Positions 33,196 through 42,675 of a DNA stretch of 64,000 bases are shown one piece after another. Location of the stretch: contig OY970320.1 in the NCBI GenBank assembly GCA_963716745.1, positions 1 to 64,000 on the forward strand, read 5' to 3'. A program made the position numbers and the translations under genes. Origin of the DNA: an uncultured Gemmatimonadaceae bacterium (GTDB lineage: Bacteria; Gemmatimonadota; Gemmatimonadetes; Gemmatimonadales; Gemmatimonadaceae). The notes beneath the pieces are model-generated. The model did not search any database, had not been told where the DNA came from, and saw only the letters and a program-made list of their open reading frames with translations. Each line of letters starts with the position of its first letter. The first letter of the stretch is position 1.

Positions 33196-33705
33196 ATGCC
33201 GTCGTCTGCCCGGCCGAAGTCTAAGAAGCCCGCGAAAGCTACGAAGCAAGCCAAGGCCGCGAAGTCCGCGAAGCCCGCAAAGGCCGCGAAGCTGCCCAAG
33301 GCGCCCAAGATCAAGCCGATGAGCAAGAAGCTGCTCCAGCACTTCGAGAAACGTCTGCTCGAGGAGCGCCGGCGCGTGCTGAAGGAACTCGGCCAGTACA
33401 GCGAGACGTTCAACAACACGCCGCAGAGCGCGGACGGCGACCTCTCGTCGTACTCGTTCCACATGGCGGACCAGGGCACCGACGCGATGGAGCGCGAGAA
33501 GGCGTTCCTGTTCGCGAGCCAGGAAGGGCGTTTCCTCTGGCACATCGATGAGGCGCTCCGGCGGCTCTATCGCTCGCCCGAGACGTTCGGCCGCTGCCAC
33601 AGCTGCGGTGAGGAGATCGATTTCGACCGCCTCGATGCGCTCCCGCACGCCCGGCTGTGCATTTCGTGCAAGCAGCGTGAAGAGAATGGCAAGAAGCAGG
33701 CGTAA
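33196..33705 (+). CDS. TraR/DksA C4 zinc finger protein
   Basis: Coiled coil with HMADQGTD tip; CHSC...CISC zinc finger; Lys/Ala-rich N-terminus. Confidence 0.88.
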   Translation: MPSSARPKSKKPAKATKQAKAAKSAKPAKAAKLPKAPKIKPMSKKLLQHFEKRLLEERRRVLKELGQYSETFNNTPQSADGDLSSYSFHMADQGTDAMEREKAFLFASQEGRFLWHIDEALRRLYRSPETFGRCHSCGEEIDFDRLDALPHARLCISCKQREENGKKQA

Positions 33706-34222
33706 CGGACTCCTCTTCCTCTGGATCGCGTCGGTGATCGTGGTCGCCGATGTCATCACGAAGCGCCTGGCGGTCGCCGAGCTCGTGCCGCGCTATGTGC
33801 CGAAACAGGTGCTCGGCGACTGGATCCAACTGCGCCTCGTGTACAACCAGGGTGCCGCGTTCGGGATCTATCTCGGCGTGTGGTCGCGGTGGATCTTCGT
33901 GGGGCTCACGGTGGTCGCGGTGCTGATCCTCGGCCGCATGATCGCGCACACGAAGGAGGGCGACTGGTTCCGCGTCACGGCGATCTCGATGGTCGTCGGC
34001 GGGGCGCTCGGGAACCTCATCGACCGGCTGCGCTCGGCGCAGGGCGTCGTGGACTTCATTGACGTGGGCGTGGGCGCGCACCGCTGGCCAACGTTCAACG
34101 TGGCCGACATGGGCGTGAGCGTTGGCGCCGTGCTGCTTGCGTGGGTGCTCTGGCAGGAGGACGAGCAGAGCTCGCACGTCTCGGGCGGCACGCCGGCCGT
34201 GGTGACCGAGCGAACCACATGA
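33686..34222 (+). CDS. lspA: Signal peptidase II
   Basis: NQGAAFG, GALGNLIDR, VVDF and FNVAD motifs. Confidence 0.96.
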   Translation: MARSRRNGLLFLWIASVIVVADVITKRLAVAELVPRYVPKQVLGDWIQLRLVYNQGAAFGIYLGVWSRWIFVGLTVVAVLILGRMIAHTKEGDWFRVTAISMVVGGALGNLIDRLRSAQGVVDFIDVGVGAHRWPTFNVADMGVSVGAVLLAWVLWQEDEQSSHVSGGTPAVVTERTT

Positions 34223-35226
34223 CCGAGTCCGCAGCGCCGGGGCTCACGCCCGGGCGCCGGGAGCGGTGGACGGCCGAGGCGGACAGCGATGTCCGCCTCG
34301 ATCTGCTTGTGGCCCGCCGGCTCGAGCTGTCGCGCACGCAGGCGGCGACGCTCATCGCGAACGGGTGCGTCACCGTGGCGGGGCGGCGTGAGAAGGCCAG
34401 TTACAAGGCGGAGCCGGGCGAGGAGATCGTGGTGGAGATCCCGTCGAGCGCCCGGCGCGAGGTGGGCGCGGAGAAACTCCCCATCGCCGTCGTGTTCGAG
34501 GACGACGATGTGCTCGTCGTGGACAAGGCCGCGGGCATGGTCGTGCACCCGGCACCCGGGAATTGGACGGGTACGCTGGTGAACGCGCTCAAGGGGCGCG
34601 GGAGTGCGCTCGCGGCGGCCGCTGGCGGCGAGCGCGAGGGGATCGTCCACCGCCTCGACAAGGACACCTCCGGGCTGCTTCTGGTGGCGAAAACGGACCG
34701 GGCGCACAAGGCGCTCGCCGGGGCGATGGCGCAGCGGAAGATCGTGCGGCGCTATGCCGCTCTGGCGTGGGGTCATCTCGAGACCGACCGGCTCACGGTG
34801 GACCGTCCGGTGGGGCGCAGTCCGCGAGACCGAAGGCTCATGGCAATCGTCAGTACAGGAAGGGCGGCGCGGACGGATTTCGTCCGACTCGCCCGGTTCG
34901 ACGCGGCCGATCTTTTGCGCGCGCACCTGCACACGGGGCGCACGCATCAGATCCGCGTCCACCTGGCGTCGATCGGCCATCCAGTGGCGGGTGATGACGT
35001 GTACGGCGGAGGCGGAGCGCGTCGATTGCTGGCGCTGCCGCCGAAGCGACACTTCCTCCACGCGGCCTGGCTGATCTTTCCGCATCCGGTGACCGGGGAG
35101 TCGATCGAGCTCCGCGCTCCGCTGCCCGAGGACCTCGTGCGCTCGCTCGCTGCGGCCGCGGGGACGGACACGCCACTCGACCCGGATCCGCTGGCCCAAT
35201 TTGGCTTCTACCGTCTCTCCGACTGA
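34219..35226 (+). CDS. rluD: RluA/RluD family pseudouridine synthase
   Basis: S4 domain, HRLDKDTSG, GRTHQIRVH. Confidence 0.93.
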   Translation: MTESAAPGLTPGRRERWTAEADSDVRLDLLVARRLELSRTQAATLIANGCVTVAGRREKASYKAEPGEEIVVEIPSSARREVGAEKLPIAVVFEDDDVLVVDKAAGMVVHPAPGNWTGTLVNALKGRGSALAAAAGGEREGIVHRLDKDTSGLLLVAKTDRAHKALAGAMAQRKIVRRYAALAWGHLETDRLTVDRPVGRSPRDRRLMAIVSTGRAARTDFVRLARFDAADLLRAHLHTGRTHQIRVHLASIGHPVAGDDVYGGGGARRLLALPPKRHFLHAAWLIFPHPVTGESIELRAPLPEDLVRSLAAAAGTDTPLDPDPLAQFGFYRLSD

Positions 35227-35647
35227 CATCTCTGCCCGCCGGCTGGTGGTCTTCCGGCTGGGGGATACGTCGTACGGGATCGACCTGGGTGCGGTGCGGG
35301 AGATCCTGCGCGCGCGCCCGGCCACGCGTCTGCCCGGCGCACCGAAGGCGGTGGTGGGGCTGATCAACGTGCGCGGTGCGATCGTGACGGTGATCGATCT
35401 CGGCGTGGCGCTCAGAGTGCGCACGGCGCCGGCAGGCGGCGCCGTGATGCTCATCGAGCACGGGCCGAAGCTGGTGGGCGCGATGGTGGACGAGGTGCTG
35501 GAAGTGCAGCGCGCGCCGGACGAAGCGCTGGAACCGGCGCCGCTCGACGTGCAGGCCGGAGGCGCGGTGCGCGCCCTCGGCACGCGCGAGGGCGGCGTCG
35601 TGATCGTGCTGGACATTCATGATCTGCTTTCGCACATGCTCGCTTAA
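35201..35647 (+). CDS. cheW: Chemotaxis coupling protein CheW
   Basis: VVFRLG...GLINVRGAIVTVIDL; TTG start overlaps rluD. Confidence 0.9.
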   Translation: MASTVSPTDISARRLVVFRLGDTSYGIDLGAVREILRARPATRLPGAPKAVVGLINVRGAIVTVIDLGVALRVRTAPAGGAVMLIEHGPKLVGAMVDEVLEVQRAPDEALEPAPLDVQAGGAVRALGTREGGVVIVLDIHDLLSHMLA

Positions 35648-35660
35648 CCGAGAGGTGACG

Positions 35661-36023
35661 GTGTCCCATACGGTATTGGTCTGCGACGACGCGATCTTCA
35701 TGCGCACGATGATCTCCGACATCCTCCAGCAATCCGGCTTCGATGTGATCGGCGAAGCGGAGACGGGAGTGGAGGCCGTGGCGCAGTATCGCAAACTCAA
35801 GCCGGACCTCGTGACGATGGACATCGTGATGCCCGACATGGGCGGCATCGATGCCGTGCGCGAGATCACGAAGTTCGATCCGAACGCCCGGATCCTCATG
35901 TGCAGCGCGATGGGGCAACAGGCGCTGGTGGTCGAGGCGATCCAGGCGGGGGCGAAGGATTTCGTGGTGAAGCCGTTCCAGCCGAGCCGGGTGCTGGAGG
36001 CGGTGCAGCGGGTCCTCGGCTGA
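35661..36023 (+). CDS. cheY: Single-domain response regulator CheY (Bacillus/Thermotoga-type)
   Basis: DDAIFMR, TMDIVMP, SAMGQQ, KPF. Confidence 0.93.
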   Translation: MSHTVLVCDDAIFMRTMISDILQQSGFDVIGEAETGVEAVAQYRKLKPDLVTMDIVMPDMGGIDAVREITKFDPNARILMCSAMGQQALVVEAIQAGAKDFVVKPFQPSRVLEAVQRVLG

Positions 36024-36040
36024 CTTCCGGGGCCGCCCGC

Positions 36041-37903
36041 ATGGACCTCACGCGCTACGCCGATCTCTTCCTCACGGAGAGCCGCGAGCACGTCTCGGCG
36101 CTGAACCATCTCCTGCTCTCGCTGGAGCGCGCGCCGCGCGCCACGGAGCCGGTGGCGGGGATGTTCCGCGCGGTGCACACGGTGAAAGGCATGAGCGCGA
36201 CCATGGGCTACGGCGGCGTGACGGCGCTGGCGCACGAGATGGAGTCGTTGCTCGACCAGGTGCGGCAGAAAGCGCGCAAGGTGACGCCGGAGTTGATGGA
36301 CCTGCTCTTCAAGAGCGTTGACGCGCTCGAGAAGGCGATCGCGGCGGCGGTCGCGGGCACGAGTGATGATCCGGCGGCGCTCGTGATGGCGAAGACGCTG
36401 AAGGACTACGCCGAGGGGCGCCGCGCATTGGCGGGCGGCCGTCGCAAACCGCCCCCGAAGGCCGCGAAGTACAAGGGCAAGCGCGGCGTCGCGATCCGCG
36501 TGGTGCTCAATGACGGCATCGCGCTCAAGGGCGCGCGGGCGTTCCTCGTGGTGAAGCGCGCCGAGGACTTCGGGCGCGTCCTCGCGGTGGAACCGCCGAT
36601 CGACGCGCTGCAGCGCGAGGAGTTCGGCCGCGAGTTCATGATCCGTTTGGCGCCGAGCGTGGAGCCGTCGATCGCGGCGGAGGCGCTGCGCATGGCAGGC
36701 GATGTCGCGTCGGTGTCGATCGACGGCGCGGCGGTGAGCGACGCGCCGGAGAACGCGGCGCCGGGCGCGACGCGGCACGTGCGCATCGAGCTCACGCGTC
36801 TCGACGCGCTCATGAACCTCGTGGGCGAACTGGTGATCGCGCGCGGCCAACTGCAACAGCTCGCGGGCGTGACCGGCGATGCCGCGCTGGAGGAGACCGT
36901 CGCGCAGGGCGCGCGGCTCATCGGCGAGATGCAGGATGAGATCATGCGCTGCCGCATGGTGCCGGTGGCGCAGGTGTTCGACCGCTTCCCGCGCCTCGTG
37001 CGCGACGCGGCGCGCGCGTTGCACAAGGAGGTCTCGTTCACGGTGGAAGGGCAGGAGAGCGAACTGGACCGCTCGATGCTCGACGAGATCGGGGAACCGG
37101 TGATGCACTTGCTGCGCAATGCGGTGGACCACGGGATCGAGATGCCGGCCGAGCGCGAGGCCGCGGGCAAGCCGCGCGAAGGGGCGCTCAAGCTCTCGAT
37201 CTCGCGCGAACGCTCGGCGGTCACGATCCGCGTGAGCGACGACGGGCGCGGCATCGACCGCGCCCGCGTGCTGGCGAAGGCGCGCACGATGGGGCTGGTG
37301 CTGTCCACCGTGAAATCGCTGCCCGACGAAGAGCTGGTGCGGCTCATCTCGCGGCCGGGCTTCTCGACGGCCGAGCGCGTGACCGATCTGTCGGGGCGCG
37401 GCGTGGGGATCGATGTCGTGCTCACACGCGTGCGCGCGCTCGGCGGCTCGGTGGAGATCAGGACCGTGGCCGGGGAGGGCACGACCGTCACCGCGCGGCT
37501 GCCGCTCACGCTCGCGATCGTGCGCGCGATGCTCGCGCGCGTGGGTGAGGAGACGTACGCCGTGCCGATGACGCACGTGACCGAGACCGTGGAGCTCGAC
37601 GCCGCGGGCGTGCGCACCGTGCGCGGGCGCGAGGCGATCGTCCTGCGCGACGACGTGCTGCCGGTCGTGCGCCTCCGCAACCGGCTGTCGCTCGCGGCGT
37701 CGAGCGCGCCGATGCAGCAGGTGGTGATCGTGGAAGTGGGCGAACGCCACGCCGCGCTCGTGGTGGACGAACTCGCGGGACAGCAGGACATCGTGGTGAA
37801 GCAGTTCGACCCGGTGCGCGGCGGCATGCCGCTGTTCAGCGGCGCGACGATCCTGTCCGATGGGGCGCCGTCGCTGATCCTCGATGTCGGCAGCCTACTC
37901 TAG
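36041..37903 (+). CDS. cheA: Chemotaxis histidine kinase CheA (P1-P2-P3-P4-P5)
   Basis: HTVKGMS, LMNLVGELVI, HLLRNAVDHG, DDGRGID, SGRGVG and LPLTLAI motifs. Confidence 0.96.
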   Translation: MDLTRYADLFLTESREHVSALNHLLLSLERAPRATEPVAGMFRAVHTVKGMSATMGYGGVTALAHEMESLLDQVRQKARKVTPELMDLLFKSVDALEKAIAAAVAGTSDDPAALVMAKTLKDYAEGRRALAGGRRKPPPKAAKYKGKRGVAIRVVLNDGIALKGARAFLVVKRAEDFGRVLAVEPPIDALQREEFGREFMIRLAPSVEPSIAAEALRMAGDVASVSIDGAAVSDAPENAAPGATRHVRIELTRLDALMNLVGELVIARGQLQQLAGVTGDAALEETVAQGARLIGEMQDEIMRCRMVPVAQVFDRFPRLVRDAARALHKEVSFTVEGQESELDRSMLDEIGEPVMHLLRNAVDHGIEMPAEREAAGKPREGALKLSISRERSAVTIRVSDDGRGIDRARVLAKARTMGLVLSTVKSLPDEELVRLISRPGFSTAERVTDLSGRGVGIDVVLTRVRALGGSVEIRTVAGEGTTVTARLPLTLAIVRAMLARVGEETYAVPMTHVTETVELDAAGVRTVRGREAIVLRDDVLPVVRLRNRLSLAASSAPMQQVVIVEVGERHAALVVDELAGQQDIVVKQFDPVRGGMPLFSGATILSDGAPSLILDVGSLL

Positions 37904-37913
37904 GGGAGCGCGC

Positions 37914-38534
37914 ATGTCCGATCTTCTGTCGCTGACGAAAGTGGAACTCGACGCGCTCCGCGAGACGGCGAGCATCGGCGCCGGCCACGCCGCGACCGCG
38001 CTGTCGCTCATGACGAACAGCCGGATCATGATCTCGGTGCCGCACATCACGATCGCGGCGCTCGAGGACGTGCCGCAGCAGATCGCGGACGAGGAAGAGC
38101 CGATCGCGGCCGTCATGATGCAGATGCTCGGCGATCTCACGGGACGGTCCCTGCTCGTATTCCCGCGGGCCACGGCGCTGCGCCTCGCGCAGCTGATGCT
38201 GCGGCGGCCGCGCGACGGAACCGCCCCCTTCGCCGAGCTCGAGCAGAGCGCGCTCAAGGAGGCCGGCAATATCCTGAGCGGCGCGTATCTCAACGCGCTC
38301 AGCGATTTCCTGGGCCTCATGCTGCTGCCGTCGCCGCCGAGCCTCGTGGTGGACATGTCGGCCGCGGTGCTCACCACCGCGCACGCGCAGTTCGGCGCGG
38401 ACCGCGACATGGTGTTCGCGGTGGAGACGCAGTTCCTGTTCGAGGACCAGGCGGACCACCTGCGCGGCTTCTTCCTGCTGCTGCCCGACTTCGCGTCGTT
38501 GCGCGTGATCCTGCGCGCCATCCGGATCGCGTGA
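37914..38534 (+). CDS. cheC: CheY-P phosphatase CheC
   Basis: DALRETASIGAGHAATALS and SALKEAGNIL repeats. Confidence 0.92.
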   Translation: MSDLLSLTKVELDALRETASIGAGHAATALSLMTNSRIMISVPHITIAALEDVPQQIADEEEPIAAVMMQMLGDLTGRSLLVFPRATALRLAQLMLRRPRDGTAPFAELEQSALKEAGNILSGAYLNALSDFLGLMLLPSPPSLVVDMSAAVLTTAHAQFGADRDMVFAVETQFLFEDQADHLRGFFLLLPDFASLRVILRAIRIA

Positions 38535-41248
38535 ACAGCCCCTCGTCCCCCGTCTCGCAGCGCGACCGCGACATCCTGCGGTCGTTCGCGCGGCGCATCG
38601 ATCCATCGGATGCGGGGGCGCATAACAACCTCGGCGTGCTGTATTACAACAAGGGGATGTACGCCGAGGCGGTGTCGAGCTTCGAGCAGGCGCTGGAGCT
38701 GGATCCGAAGATGCAGGTCGCCCAGCGCAATCTCGAGGTCGCATACTTCAACACCGGCTACTACGACCGGCGCGTGGCCGAACTGCGAGATCGGCTGCGC
38801 TCGCATCCGCACGACCGCGACGCGCGCTGGGAGTTGGGACGCGCGTACGCCGCGCTCGGCGATGTGCCCGAAGCGGTGGCGGAGTTCACGGCGATCCTCG
38901 AGCATCATCCCGACGACGCCGGCGCCATCGTGCAGCTGGGTCTCGCGGAGAAGGCGAGCGGCGACCTCGAGCACGCGCAGCGCTGGTTCGAGCGCGCGCT
39001 GGCGCTCGAGCCGAAGAGCCCGCTCATGAGCTTCTACATCGGCGAAGTGCTGTACAACCGCGGGCTGAACGAGGAAGCGCTCGTCGCACTGCGCCGCTCG
39101 ATCGACATCAATCCCGACAACTCCGACGCGCACTATCTGCTCGGCTTCGTGCTGGGCGACCTCGGACGCCACGAGGAGGCGCGTGCCGCGACGAAGCGCG
39201 CGATCCAGCTCAATCCGTCGCTGTCGCGCGCGCAGGCGAATCTGTCGATCGACCGTTACAACGCCGCGAAGTACGAGGAGCTCGTGCCGCAGCGGCACGA
39301 GCGGCGGTCGTCGCAAATGGAGGTGGCCGCTGAGGGTGGCCTCGCGCACTACAACCTGGGCCTCGCGTTCCGGCAGAAGGGTTACTACGCGGAAGCGCTG
39401 CGCGAATACCGGCTCGCACTCGAGCGGGAGGAAGACCGCGCGCTGGTGCTCCAGGCGATGGCCGAGGTGCACCTGCTCAAGCGCGATCCCAAGTCGGCGA
39501 TCGAACTGTACGACCGCCTGCTCGAAGAGGAGAGTGAGAGCCCCAAGCTCTGGTGCGAGCGCGGGGTCGCGCTGCATCAGGAGGGTCGGCATCAGGAAGC
39601 CGCTGAGAGCTATCGTCGCGCGTTGTCGCTCGACGCGGCGTACGCCATCGCGCACAACAACCTGGGCGTCGCGGAATATCACGGCGGGAACACCGACGCG
39701 GCGATCGATGCCTTCCGCGCCGCGCTCGCGGCGCATCCGGGCTTCGTGAAGGCGTGGCTCAATCTCGCGCTGCTGCTCTATCAGGGAAAACGGCTCCAGC
39801 TCGCGCTCGAAGCGTACCGTCAGGGCCTCACCGTGGATCCGGAGCAGCCGGTCGCGTGGAACGGCATCGGTCTCGTGCTGGCGGAGCTCAAGAAGTACGA
39901 GGACGCGCGCAACGCGTTCGGGCGTGCGATCCACACGCGGCCGAACTATGCGGAGGCGCACTACAACCTGGGCTTCACGCTCTCGAACCTCGGCGATTTC
40001 GAAGGCGCGCTGCGCGCGACGCGGCGCGCGCTGGAGCTGGACCCGTTCTACGTGCGGCAGAAGTTCGAGCTCGCGATCGACCTCGAGTACGAGGATCCCG
40101 ATCTCTCGATCGCGCCCGCGCTCGGCAATGCGCAGCGCGTGGAGCAATCGGTGGAGACGTTCGCGTTCGACGCGGCGCGGCTCGATGCGCTCTTTACCGA
40201 GCTGAAGCCGCTCGCGCCGGCGCCGGTGGAGACGGCCGCCGTGCCGCTCGAGACGGCGTACGCCATGGCGGTGGAGTATCTGTCGAAGGGCATGCTCGAC
40301 CGCGCCGCGGCCGAAGTGAACCGCGCGCTGGTGCGCGGCGCGAACACGGGCGAGGGTCTGATCCTGCTGGGCGACATCTTCCTGCGGCAGGGGCTGCATG
40401 GCGAAGCGCTCGAGCGCTACAAGAATGCGCGGAGCGTGACGGCCAATGCGGCGCGCGCACTCGCCGGCGAGACGCGCGCGCTGCTGCTGCTGGGGCGCGC
40501 GGAGCAGGCGCGCGCGGTGGCCGAGGAACTGCTCATCGCGGATCCGGCGACAGTGGAATCGATCCTGCTCGTGGCGAGCGCGCGCGCCGATGCCGGCGAT
40601 CCCGCGGCGGCGCGCGAGCTGCTCAAGAACGCGCGCCGTCTCGCGCCCGCGCGCGCCGACGTCCTGCGGCAGTTCGGCGACGTGGCGCGCGCCGCGGGCG
40701 ATGTGGAGGGCGCGATCGCGGCATACAAGAACGCGCTCGACCTCGATCCCGACGTCGCAGTGGTGCACTACGAACTCGGGCGGTTGCTCGCCGAGAGAGA
40801 CGACGCCACGGGCGCCGAGACCGAGTTGCTCGCCGCGCTGGAGGCGGTGCCGACGTACGTGGAGGCCACCCTCGCGCTGGCGCAGGTGCGCCGCCGCTTC
40901 GGCCGCGCGAAGGACGCCGTGCCGCCGCTCGTGGACCTGCTGCGGCGCGATCCGTACAACGTGGAGGCGCTGCTCGCGCTCGCCGAGACGCTGCTCGAGC
41001 TGGACCGGCCGCGCGATGCGGCGATCTCGATCGAACGCGTACTGCGCTTCGACCCGCGGCACGTAGGCGCGCTCTTCTTCCACGGCGTGCTCCTCGCGGA
41101 CCAGCACCGCTACCGCGAGGCGATCGGGGAATGGGAGCGCGTGGTGGAGCTGGAGCCCGACGGCGAGTTCGCCAAGAACGCACGTCGCGAGTCGCGCACC
41201 GCGTCCGACCTGCTGCGGATCTTCCGCCACCGGCAGGAGGCGAGCTGA
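38531..41248 (+). CDS. Large cytoplasmic TPR protein (905 aa)
   Basis: Many AHNNLG/AHYNLG-type TPR repeats; no signal peptide. Confidence 0.88.
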   Translation: MNSPSSPVSQRDRDILRSFARRIDPSDAGAHNNLGVLYYNKGMYAEAVSSFEQALELDPKMQVAQRNLEVAYFNTGYYDRRVAELRDRLRSHPHDRDARWELGRAYAALGDVPEAVAEFTAILEHHPDDAGAIVQLGLAEKASGDLEHAQRWFERALALEPKSPLMSFYIGEVLYNRGLNEEALVALRRSIDINPDNSDAHYLLGFVLGDLGRHEEARAATKRAIQLNPSLSRAQANLSIDRYNAAKYEELVPQRHERRSSQMEVAAEGGLAHYNLGLAFRQKGYYAEALREYRLALEREEDRALVLQAMAEVHLLKRDPKSAIELYDRLLEEESESPKLWCERGVALHQEGRHQEAAESYRRALSLDAAYAIAHNNLGVAEYHGGNTDAAIDAFRAALAAHPGFVKAWLNLALLLYQGKRLQLALEAYRQGLTVDPEQPVAWNGIGLVLAELKKYEDARNAFGRAIHTRPNYAEAHYNLGFTLSNLGDFEGALRATRRALELDPFYVRQKFELAIDLEYEDPDLSIAPALGNAQRVEQSVETFAFDAARLDALFTELKPLAPAPVETAAVPLETAYAMAVEYLSKGMLDRAAAEVNRALVRGANTGEGLILLGDIFLRQGLHGEALERYKNARSVTANAARALAGETRALLLLGRAEQARAVAEELLIADPATVESILLVASARADAGDPAAARELLKNARRLAPARADVLRQFGDVARAAGDVEGAIAAYKNALDLDPDVAVVHYELGRLLAERDDATGAETELLAALEAVPTYVEATLALAQVRRRFGRAKDAVPPLVDLLRRDPYNVEALLALAETLLELDRPRDAAISIERVLRFDPRHVGALFFHGVLLADQHRYREAIGEWERVVELEPDGEFAKNARRESRTASDLLRIFRHRQEAS

Positions 41249-42675
41249 TGGCGATCGAAGGCCCGCTCCGCGAACTCGGCATCCACGATGTGTTCCAGCT
41301 GCTGGACCTGAGCCGGAAGACCGGCACGCTCACGGTCACGTCGGTGCTGCGCGACAACCAAGGCACCGTGTACTTCGATCGCGGCGGCGTGCTGTCGGCG
41401 TCGATCAGGAGCAATCCGCACCGGCTGGGCGAACTGCTGCTGCGCGCCGGCAAGATCACCGAGGGCGATCTCACGCGCATGCGCGAGCAGCAGCGTCGCG
41501 AGGGGGACAAGCGTCAGCTCGGAGCGATCCTGGTCGAGGCCGGTGCGCTGTCGCGCAAGGAGCTCGAGCGCCAGGTGCGCATCCAGGTGGAAGAGGTCGT
41601 GTTCGAGATGATGTCGTGGCGCGAGGGCTTCTTCTCCTTCGAGGAGGGCCAGGTCGCGGACGCGCCGATCGAGGCGGACATCCGCATCTCCACCGAATCG
41701 CTGCTCATGGAGGGTGCGCGCCGCATCGACGAGTGGTCGCTCATCGAGGGCAAGGTGCCGAACCTCGGCGTGGTGCCGGTGCTCGCCACCATGGAGAGCG
41801 ATCACGCGGGCGCGCTCGATCTGTTGCCGAAGGAGTGGGAGGTGCTCGCGCAGATCGACGGCGCGCGCGATCTGCGCGAGATCTCGAGCAGCACGTCGAT
41901 GAGCGAGTTCGACGTGGCGCGCGTGATCTACGGTCTCGTGACGACCGGCATCGTGGAATTGCGGCCGGGCACGGGAACGCCACCGCCACCGCCCGCGGTG
42001 CCGCCGCGCCGTGCGACGCCGCCGGCCCGCGCCGCCGAGGCGCCGGATGTGGTGACACTGCCCGGTTCGCTGCTACACACGCCGTCGCTCGAACACACGG
42101 GCATGCACCGCGTGGCGGCGATCGCGGAACCGCAGGGCGTGCCGATCATCACGGACGCGCCGCCCCCCGCGCCACGCGCGTCGCCGCCGACGCCGCCGGC
42201 GCCCGCGCCGGCACCGCGCGCATCGCGCGCCACGCGCAATATGCGCAGCACCCGGCTGACGCAGACCGTGAGACTCGACGGCGACGACGCCGTCGCGCAT
42301 CTCGAGCGTGCCCACGCCGCGCTGCGCGACGGCGCCATCGAAGCTGCGGTGGCGGCCGCGACGGCCGCCGTTGACGCGAGCGACGGCTCCGTGGAGGCGC
42401 GCACGGTGCTGGCACGCGCGCAACTCAAGGCGGGCCTCGTGGACGAGGCGTTCGACACGGTGTGCGCTGCGCTCGAGCGGGATGCGCTCAACCCCGCGCT
42501 CTACCTGCTGCTGGGCGCGTGCGCCGCGTCGCGCGGTGCGCTCGCCGACGCGGTGGCCGGGTGGGAGCGCTACCAGCGGCTCGCGCCGGACGCGGCCGAC
42601 ACCTCGCGTGTGCGCGCGGTGGCGGACGCGGCGGCGCGCCTGCGCGACGCGATGAAGGAGCTCGGCGATGTCTGA
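41248..42675 (+). CDS. DUF4388 (PATAN-like) protein with MshEN-like motifs, Pro-rich linker and C-terminal TPR
   Basis: MAIEGPLRELGIHDVFQLL..SRKTG, WREGFFSF and LLMEGARRIDEW motifs. Confidence 0.85.
   Translation: MAIEGPLRELGIHDVFQLLDLSRKTGTLTVTSVLRDNQGTVYFDRGGVLSASIRSNPHRLGELLLRAGKITEGDLTRMREQQRREGDKRQLGAILVEAGALSRKELERQVRIQVEEVVFEMMSWREGFFSFEEGQVADAPIEADIRISTESLLMEGARRIDEWSLIEGKVPNLGVVPVLATMESDHAGALDLLPKEWEVLAQIDGARDLREISSSTSMSEFDVARVIYGLVTTGIVELRPGTGTPPPPPAVPPRRATPPARAAEAPDVVTLPGSLLHTPSLEHTGMHRVAAIAEPQGVPIITDAPPPAPRASPPTPPAPAPAPRASRATRNMRSTRLTQTVRLDGDDAVAHLERAHAALRDGAIEAAVAAATAAVDASDGSVEARTVLARAQLKAGLVDEAFDTVCAALERDALNPALYLLLGACAASRGALADAVAGWERYQRLAPDAADTSRVRAVADAAARLRDAMKELGDV

Noticed and set aside
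29589..41230. Very long antisense ORFs (29589..33062, 34850..37750, 37895..41230) and similar shadow ORFs
   Set aside because: Arg/Ala-rich mirror frames of real genes, expected at high GC with strong GC3 bias; no recognisable motifs.
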